In this document: one piece after another, positions 54,412 to 64,000 of the stretch
How the letters are laid out: each line of letters begins with the position of its first letter
Numbering within the stretch: position 1 is the first letter of the stretch
Source of the DNA: Octopus sinensis
Lineage: Eukaryota
Reading direction: 5' to 3'
Length of the DNA: 64,000 nucleotides
Assembly (NCBI RefSeq): GCF_006345805.1
Contig: NC_043006.1
Location: 56,110,001 to 56,174,000 of the forward strand
The notes under the pieces: generated by a model
The model's database searches: none
What the model was told of the DNA's origin: nothing
Seen by the model: only the letters and a program-made list of their open reading frames with translations
Position numbers and translations under genes: made by a program

Positions 54412-54739
54412 GCTTCGTAAGAATATTCATTCGTTTTACGTCTGTTTTGCATCCTAGCATGGGTTTGACGAATGTACAATATTGAGGCATTCTTTTACAG
54501 TCAAATAGCGTTTCTGTCACTAAACTTTATCAGTTTTCAGATTGGTATTCTTTTGTTCCAAAAAGGGCAGAGACAATGACCGACTATTGTCAATGAAATA
54601 TCAACAAACTTCATCTCTTGTAACTTAGACATTTTTTATGTAAAGCGTACAGATTGTAAATAAATTCACAGACAAATGCACGGACAGCTTCCCACATATG
54701 CATAATAGATACATCCACACACACACACATACATATATA

Positions 54740-54781
<42 letters not shown>

Positions 54782-54812
54782 TATACACATATACACACAT
54801 ACATATATATAT

Positions 54813-55752
54813 AGGGGTGGTGTCAACGAACATGACACTCAGAATAATGAGAAATGTTTCACGCATGTGCGAGCCTACAGAATTAAAGAGACACATACAG
54901 TATTTCATTCACCGCATGCAGTTCTCAGGTTACAGCCATAAAGAAAGGATCAGAGTATACAAAGGAGCCATGAAGAAATTTGATAATATATTATGTAATG
55001 ATAGGAATGGGATTTGCCCACTCTATAGGAACAAGTCATGGAACACTATAGAAAGGACAAAAAAGAAAATAGGGAAGGCCAACTCTTGGTATGATAGCCA
55101 TAAATACCAGAGTGTCATGTTCGTTGACACCACCCCTGGAGGTGAACTGGCGTACCGCTTTAGAAGGACCCTAGATAAACTTAAACTAAGAATTAAGGTT
55201 GTTGAAAAGCCAGGCAACCCTATCAAATCTATAATTGGTAGAACCTATCATTTTAGTAGAACCCCCTGTACGGATAAGTATTGCACTATATGTAGATTTA
55301 GCCCACAAACAAACTGTAAAGCCAGAAATGTAGTCTATAGTATAAGATGTATAGAGGAACGATGCAGTAACAAGACAATAACATACGTAGGGGAAACGGC
55401 AAGAAGCATAGGAGAGCGGGTGAATGACATTGGAGACAACTCAAGGAAGGTAAAAGCTCATCGATTCTGTACCAACACGCCGAACAGGAACACGGGGGAT
55501 CAATCAATAACATAGAGATTAAGATATTGTCCACACATAGAACAGATGCAACAATTAGACAAATTACAGAAGCTACACATATAATAGAAAATAAATCTAG
55601 CCTGAATAGAAAACTAGAATGGAGCAATAGCACACACCACAACATATGACGATAGAGGATCCCGAAAACATAATAAATACACAGATAAATAACAAATAGA
55701 AATGAATAACTATATATATATGTATATATATCTATGTATATATGTATGTATA

Positions 55753-55820
<68 letters not shown>

Positions 55821-56280
55821 ATGTGTGTATATGTGTATATATATGTGTATATATATATATATTTTATTTATTTATTTATTATTGTTTTCGATTAGATTTA
55901 TTATTATTATTACTAATATTGCTGTTATACATACATACATACATACATACATACATACATACATACAAGCATATGTAATGATAATAATGGGTGGATGTAA
56001 ACACATGAACAAAATTAGAACAAAAGCAACAACAAAAACAAAATACAAATTACATGAATGTATATAAACAGAAGATACAAATATTACAGGCATCCCCCCC
56101 ACACACACACTAAATAAACGTAGACGCACATAGAGATATAAGCATGCGCAAATGAAGACATACAATAGAAATACAAAATGGCTGACGGTTAGTAAGGAGA
56201 GACACAAACACATAAGAAAGAAGAAAACAAAGGACCACTGATGCGGTCACAGGAGTGTGACGAAAGAACTCTGGCCGAAA
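54813..56280 (+). mobile_element. PLE 3' part: RT thumb, CCCC linker, GIY-YIG, microsatellite-expanded tail with HHR
   Basis: ORF 54817..55515: [64 protein letters not shown]; frameshift near 55425. Confidence 0.9.
56235..56276 (+). ncRNA. Degenerate hammerhead motif at PLE 3' end
   Basis: cca-CTGATGC-g-gtcac..gtgac-GAAA-gaac-TC-tgg (A9C). Confidence 0.45.
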
Positions 56281-56482
56281 TAAGATTAAGATTAAAGTAA
56301 AAAATAAATATCACTGAAGCAAAATAACACCAAATATATAGTGCGTGTGTTTTTATTGGCTAAACTGGCAATATGACAATTCCGAATATAACAATATCTG
56401 TTTCAACAACAACGACTTCACATAAAAAATTTTGCACAACAATATTTAAACGTAATATATATATATATATATATATACACAC

Positions 56483-56552
<70 letters not shown>

Positions 56553-59128
56553 CGTATATATAATAATATATATATATATATATATGTTATTATTCATTTA
56601 ATATATATATATATATATATATTAAATAAATAATAACATACGGTGATAATTGTCAGCTCATTAGGGCTGTTTCTTACTTACTTACATTTAACAGAAGAAT
56701 GAGACCAATCACATCATTATAAAGGACCGTAATAATCAGACGAGAAGTGATTTTACAAAACCAAAGAATATCCAAGAATATAGCAGGGATCTGTCTGTCG
56801 AGTCCAACCGTGAATGGAAGAAAGACCTACTATTTTGGCCGTTAAGAATGCAGTAATTTGATATGTAAGGTCAAGGACCCGAGTGATTGATCAGCTGGAC
56901 TAGATCAAGAGTAGATTTTGATGGGTTGTAGGAGATAATTTCTAATAGTAGGCTATGGTGTGTAGTAAATAATGAGGGGGTCATAAAACGTTTAAGGATG
57001 AGAGAAAGGAATGTAGCTAAATCGGACGTAAGGGTGGAGGAAAGAATAAAAATAAAATGAATGAAATGAAAATAAAAGCATACGAGCCGATCATGCATTG
57101 GGTCGGGGTATAAGATTCTGTAGCTAATGGTAAATGGCCAGAGGAGGGGGATAGATAAACAGCGAAATTTAGAGGTATTCAATGGATGTTCGTTGAAAAT
57201 AGGGGTGGGGAATTATGAAGGCCGTCAAATAATAGGATTAAACTTTATGGAGTTTAAAATTTAAAGCAGGATAGGGTTATATAATGAACTACATCTAGTA
57301 TGGAGTTAGAGGAAAGAGTAGATCGGCGGTAGGGAGTAGTCTTATGATTAACTAAAAAAAATTTAACTGGTGGCGAAATATCGAAATTGGATAGAGGTTA
57401 GAATAGTGTGTTCTCTCTACTACATACCAAGCACTGCTCAAAAGCTGTATGTTGGTGTAAGGACTACACATGTAGAAGGAATTGAAACGAACTGTCTACG
57501 GTGTGCAGGCTGTTACCATAAGTTGAGTATCACTGTCATTACTATTATATAATACCGGATATACCACAGATAGAACGGTCAGTTCCTTTAATATAGCATA
57601 CCAAGCAAGTATATTAAGAGCGGTTAAATTTATTGATAAAAGGAAAAAGAGACTAGGAGGGCTCAGAAACGAATAACTAGATCGATAAGCTAAATGGTCA
57701 GCAAAAGGGTGAGTAAATAGGATTGGACCTAGGTTAAGACTATTATAGAAGTTGTTAAATCTCCTTAAAGTATTTGAACGTGCGGGTAGCCCTATGTATA
57801 CAGGAAAGACGAAGGATCAGCTGATTATTTAGTAGATTTTTACTATTAAATCTCCTTAAAATTTCAAATAGCTCCATGTAGCAAACTCTGCAGCCGTATC
57901 TGCTGTTTAAGTACGATTTAGCGACCCTAACAATGTCCCAACTTAAATTTAACGCCAAGCAACTGTATAATCATCGCAAACAACTTTTACCATATATGAA
58001 AAATATGTAAAATATTAAGACATTTGAAGAAAATTATTTATAATTAAATTCTAATTGATAAATATAAATTTTTATTAAAACAAAATACGCGGGTGAAGTA
58101 AATCTCGTGGTGTGAAGAATCAACACAACATGAGGGTGAAGTGATACACAACACAACGTGCGGTTGTCATGGTAACAAGCTGTTAATGCCTCGCTGTCTG
58201 TTGATTGGCGAAAATTACCCAAATTTCCCAACTTTAATTCCAAATAACATCAGATTCTTTAATTTACGATATAAAGTAATTGGTTGATCGTTATCAAAAT
58301 TCAGAGTTGCATCGACACCAAAGTTGAAAGCAATCTGAACAAAATTAAAGGGGGCTCATTTTGCGAATGAAACAAACCATATCCCACAAATCTTCGTGGC
58401 AAGAGACGTCCTACAAGCCCTATGCCTTCATTTAAAAAATGAATAGGGCTGCGTAAGCGCCCCTTGAGGTTTATGTATCATTACGTAAATAATTTGCTAG
58501 GTGACGCCTTCTCCAGCAGGTACACCTTAAATTAAATATATATACACGAGGCAATCCAGTATATGCCCCGTGCTTATACATTCTAATTTTTCAAATCTAC
58601 CGCGCAAGCACAGCTCCTTGTCGGCAGTATATAATTATGCCGGCTTTTTCATTTCGGAAATTATCCAAAAAATTATCAATAATCAATAATATTAAAGGGT
58701 AATCTGAAATATTAGAAATTTCCATTACCAGTGGCCTAGCGTGTAAAAATGTAGTCAATAGACTATATATTATTCATATAAATACAGTGTACATTTAAAC
58801 ACATAAGAGGTAGGCATCATAGGACTACCTTCACACTAGAGAGGACAGTTAAATTCCGAACCACTATTAGGGATAAAATATCGAAGGAAATGAAAAATGA
58901 AAACGTTTACAGTGTAATCCAGTACGACCTAAACTGGAGGGTGTTCGTTAGACATCCTGCGTGATAAAAACCAAAAGCTGTCAAAGGGCGGAGGAACTCG
59001 TGAGTAGTCAACGGTCATCCATCAAAATGTGCGTACATATGTATACGTTGCTTTATATATCTTCATATGCTTAAATTCTATATATTTATATATATATATA
59101 TATATACACACACTCAACACACACACAC

Positions 59129-59161
<33 letters not shown>

Positions 59162-59165
59162 TATA

Positions 59166-59218
<53 letters not shown>

Positions 59219-59441
59219 GCATATAAATACATACACACATTAACATACAGGCGGCGATGTGTAATTTGTCGCCATTCTATAATTTCTAATTTCACGCATG
59301 CGCTGTGTTTGATATTAATTTTGTCGATTACACAGTATATGTATATTATATATATATATATATATACACGTAATACACACACATATATACATACCATAAA
59401 TGCATATATATATATATATAATATATATATGTATATATATA

Positions 59442-59526
<85 letters not shown>

Positions 59527-59904
59527 ATTTCATATACTAGCGGGGTGCAAGTGGGGCTCCTTAACCGTGGAGAGGGAAACTGATATAAAACCAGGTTTTT
59601 GATTGCTGAGGGTCTCCTTAACAAGGCTGTACTATCAGCAGACTCTGACTCATAGGGTAGACTAGGGTCTGCAGCTTGTTTATAGCGGCTTCTCAAGGAG
59701 ATGGAAAATCCCGAAGAAAAGAAATCGCACCACCAATGAAACAACAGGTTTTGTATGTATATAGACAAAACGTGTATATATTTTTATTGATATTTAGGTA
59801 TGTGTTCAAGTATTATTATTTGTATAGTTTCTCACTAATGGAGGGGATATTGCTTATTCACCAAGAAACATGACACTTTTATTGGAATTTAAACAACGGC
59901 CTAG

Positions 59905-59935
<31 letters not shown>

Positions 59936-60220
59936 TGTATGTATGTATGTATGTATGTATGTGTGTGTGTGTATGTATGTGTGTATGTATGTATGTATGT
60001 ATGTATGGATGGATGGATGGATGGATATATGTATGTACGCATCTATGCTTTTCTCTTGTTATTTACTAGCATTGTTTATAGAATTACATTAAAAAAACAA
60101 CAACAATGTAATCTGGTAATAGATATATATCTGGTATTAAGTCTTGTAGCGTTCCACTTTCTTATAATTATTCACCATACAATTCAATTATGTCTGTATG
60201 TATGTATGTATGTGCATATG

Positions 60221-60251
<31 letters not shown>

Positions 60252-60329
60252 TATATATATATACATACTTGCATGCATATATATACATACACATACAACA
60301 TACATGCATACATATATATATGTATATAT

Positions 60330-60372
<43 letters not shown>

Positions 60373-60431
60373 TAATATATAATATATATATATATATATA
60401 AGCGAGAAAGAAGCAACAAGAATGGATAGGT

Positions 60432-60521
60432 TTTTAGTACGATCGTTTCATACAAGGACAGTTTTATTAAAAGTTGCAAAGATTACAGCATATAAACGAG
60501 TCCCGTACTCATCAGCTAAAA
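60432..60521 (-). ncRNA. Hammerhead ribozyme motif, intact core (left palindrome arm)
   Basis: Reverse-complement copy of 61567-61657. Confidence 0.7.
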
Positions 60522-61566
60522 TACATGTAAGTTCTCTAGACATCCTAGTGTTTGAGGCTATACTCATGAAGTAATGTAGATAATTAAACAGATTTCTAAA
60601 GTTCATTAAAGTTCTTTAAAGATGATGTACAGTCTTATCACAGAATTTTAAAAAGTTTTGATAGCATCACAGAGAAGGTGACCTAATCCATATGAATTTC
60701 CATAGATATGATGAGGGATTATATACTCACAGAAGACAAATTTATCCATTGTTAATTACAACGAGGTGGGTCTCAATTCCTGCTTATTAGCATTACAGAG
60801 AGGGTGAATTAATCCTTTGTATATATGCACAGATTCCAATGGTGTAGATGTAAATTTCCAGAGAAATGGAGATGAATTTCATATTTACAGGCGATAAATT
60901 TTACAATGGTTGAACACAATGAGGTAGGTATCAATCCTTGTTATATGATTAGGTGTTTGCCACATTAATCACATTACTGCTATTCACAGAGGCTGTAGCT
61001 ATTTAACTCTTAAAGGCTGAAGGGCTTACTAGATCGGCCAAGAATAGATTGGCCGATCTAGTAAGCCCTTCAGCCTTTAAGAGTTAATAGCTACAGCCTC
61101 TTGTGAATAGCAGTAATGTGATTAATGTGGCAAACACCTAATCATATAACAAGGATTGATACCTACCTCATTGTGTTCAACCATTGTAAAATTATCGCCT
61201 GTAAATATGAAATTCATCTCCATTTCTCTGGAAATTTACATCTACACCATTGGAATCTGTGCATATATACAAAGGATTAATTCACCCTCTCTGTAATGCT
61301 AATAAGCAGGAATTGAGACCCACCTCGTTGTAATTAACAATGGATAAATTTGTCTTCTGTGGTTTATAATCCTCATCATATCTATGGAAATTCATATGGA
61401 TTAGGTCACCTTCTCTGTGATGCTATCAAAACTTTTTTTTAAATCTGTGATAAGACTGTACATCATCTTTAAAGAACTTTAATGAACTTTAGAAATCTGT
61501 TTAATTATCTACATTACTTCATGAGTATAGCCTCAAACACCAGGATGTCTAGAGAACTTACATGTA

Positions 61567-61657
61567 TTTTAGCTGATGAGTACGGGACTCGTTTATATGC
61601 TGTAATCTTTGCAACTTTTAATAAAACCTGTCCTTGTATGAAACGATCGTACTAAAA
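61567..61657 (+). ncRNA. Hammerhead ribozyme motif, intact core (right palindrome arm)
   Basis: ttttag-CTGATGA-gtac..gtat-GAAAC-gatc-GTA-ctaaaa; stem I 6 bp, extended stem II, stem III ACGAUCGU palindromic; predicted cleavage after 61651. Confidence 0.75.
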
Positions 61658-61813
61658 ACCTATCCATTCTTGTTGCTTCTTTCTCGCTTATAATCACCCC
61701 ACATTACTGTATTGTTAAATCAGTATAGTTTTTTTGGGTGCATCTAAGTTAGGTACCATATTCAAGTAAATTTTTTAAATTAACTTGAATCTTTATTGCT
61801 CTTTGTATATATA

Positions 61814-61885
<72 letters not shown>

Positions 61886-61896
61886 TATATATAATG

Positions 61897-61932
<36 letters not shown>

Positions 61933-62345
61933 CGGGAAGAGGATTTGAAAATGCAGAGGTCTTTCAGATATTATTGACTTGACGGTTTTCTCTTTATTTA
62001 AAAAAAAAAAAAGATTTTCAAACGTAAATTGCAAGGCTTTCTCTAGGCTTGTATATATACAAGACTGGAGATGAAGATAAAAAGTTGGTCATTTCTCTAA
62101 ACAATTATGGTTTCTGAAGAATTTATAAACAGTTATGAACTTATTTTAGTGCCTAATTTCAACACTTCTGTGTAAACACACAAAGCCTAGCATTTTACTT
62201 TCAAAAATCTTTTTTTTTTAAAAGTGAAACCGGTAAAGCCAATAAACTTGTTTAAAAGACCTGTGCATTTTCAAATCCTCTCCCCATATATTATATATAT
62301 ATATATATATAATATATATATATATATTATATATATATATATATG

Positions 62346-62390
<45 letters not shown>

Positions 62391-63404
62391 GTGTGTGTGT
62401 GTGTGTGTATAGGTGTACATATATGTGTGTGTATGTAAGTATACATACATACACCACACGTACATACATACATAATTGAATTGTATGACGAATAATTATC
62501 TGAAAGTGGAACGCTTACAAGATTTAATAGCACACGCACACACACAACACACACACACACACACATATATATATATTACGTTTTTTTTTTTTAGATCTAA
62601 TTCGATAATGAATGCTAGTAAATAACAAGGAGAGAAAAGCATAGATGCATACATACGTACATACATACAATTCCAATAAAAGCGTCATGTTTCGAGATCA
62701 ATAAGCAATATTCTCTCTTTGTTATGTGTGTGTGTGTAGGTGTGTGTATACGTGCGAAGGCGAGTGACACGCTAGTTAGGATGTTGAACTCACGATCGTA
62801 ATATCGTAGTTTCGATTCGCAGACCGGTGTTGCGTTGTAAACTCAGTTTTGCTCACACATCACAATATATCAAACAAAATTTCAATCACGCACACATATA
62901 TACTCGCAACACATACATACAAACACATACGTACACACATATATACGCATGAACGCTATTCCAATCTTTAGTAGTGAAATTCTGCAATTAAAAACTCTAG
63001 AGGCACCGCTTATACATTGTGATCACCGTGACCGACCAGGCTATCAGATGTTGCTACACATCGCTAGTCACAATGCGCTTCGCATTGTTTTAGCCTTCAA
63101 ATAACGCCACCCCGCTGGCTAAGTGAGCAGGCGTGAGAGAATGTTGTGGCGAAAGAGTACAGCAGGGATCCCCAACACCCCTGCCGTGGCTCGTGGAGCT
63201 TGAAACCGTGATCCTACGACCGCGAGTTCGCTGCTCTAACCTCTGGGCCATTGCGCCTCCATCTTATACATTGTATCTGTATCTATATACGTATCTTTAG
63301 ATGTGAATCTTCTGTTTGAGAATACCGCCAACCCTATAAATTGTTGAGTCAGGGGTTGAGAAAGCCAGAGAAATTTATGTCATTTATTTATGTCATTGTG
63401 GATG

Positions 63405-63700
63405 CACATGGGTTAGTGTTTAGAGCAGCGGACTCGCAGTCGAGGCATCGCGGGTTCGAATCTCAGACCGGGCGTTGTTTTTGTTTATGAGGAGAAACAT
63501 CTAAGCCCCACGCGGCTCCGGCAGGTAATGGTAACTTCTGCTGACTCTTCGCCCACAACTTTCTCTCACTCTTTCCTCCTGCATCTTGCAGCTCACCTGC
63601 GACGGACCGGCATCCCGTCCAGGTGGGGAACCTATACGCCAACGAAACCGGGAAACCAGCCCTTATGAGCCAGGCATGGCTCGTTACTATGGTCATCGAG
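63405..63700 (+). mobile_element. tRNA-derived SINE (second family)
   Basis: A-box-like tggttagtgtttagagc, B-box gggttcgaatc; continues into a non-tRNA body with no CCA or terminator. Confidence 0.55.
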
Positions 63701-64000
63701 TGAAATCAGCATGACAGTGCGTGAAAAGACTGGTTGTTTGAATTAGTGTCACGGACTGGCCACAGCAATGATTTTTATGAACCCAATTCCAATAACAAAA
63801 CATTAGTTTACGTAAGGTTATGACTAATACATTTGCTGAAGGTCTTACATAGTGAGATCGAACACGTGATTACATATTTTTAAAACTAACTTGGCAACCA
63901 TTTGGTCGTGTCATGGAAGTAGGCGTGGCCGTGTTGTTAAAACGTTCATTCCGCAGTTCGTGTCACATCGGGCAAGTAACGTTGATTATATCCTTGGAAC

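Larger units (their letters stand above)
60397..61692. repeat. ~1.3 kb near-perfect palindrome, ~645-bp arms, 7-nt loop (61042-61048)
   Basis: Arms are reverse complements from tataagcgagaa to agatcggccaa; about 7 discrepant sites by eye, mostly small indels. Confidence 0.95.

Noticed and set aside
55250-55400. Selenocysteine (in-frame TGA) in the PLE CxxC linker, as reported for some Naiads
   Set aside because: All linker Cys are TGT/TGC here; no in-frame TGA at those positions in the 38190 or 47860 copies either
56870-57960. Possible decayed element on the minus strand
   Set aside because: No diagnostic motif could be read
63405-63480. tRNA gene
   Set aside because: Imperfect cloverleaf continuing into a repeat body; treated as a SINE head

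Overview
AT-rich, microsatellite-dense animal genomic DNA, most likely an octopod cephalopod (inferred from repeat content, not confirmed). The core is a tandem, same-strand (+) array of acetylcholinesterase-like carboxylesterase genes. It comprises the terminal exon of an upstream copy A (898-1019), complete copy B (coding exons 15919-17408, 19395-19579, 23455-23558; 592 aa), a truncated, stop-containing, apparently mosaic pseudogene C (25208-29200), and complete copy D (43279-44756, 48692-48876, 50419-50507; 583 aa). B and D have signal peptides, an intact Ser-Glu-His triad, the choline-site Trp, all six canonical Cys plus an extra CxxC, and a GPI-signal-like last exon, but their active-site gorge residues diverge strongly. 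The rest is mostly transposon debris: CR1/L2-group, RTE, R4/Dong and Tx1-like LINEs, Penelope-like elements (PLE) with GIY-YIG domains, mariner remnants and tRNA-derived SINEs. About ten hammerhead ribozyme (HHR) motifs and many inverted repeats are present, including a ~1.3 kb near-perfect palindrome (60397-61692) with an intact HHR near each outer end. All alignments were done by eye.
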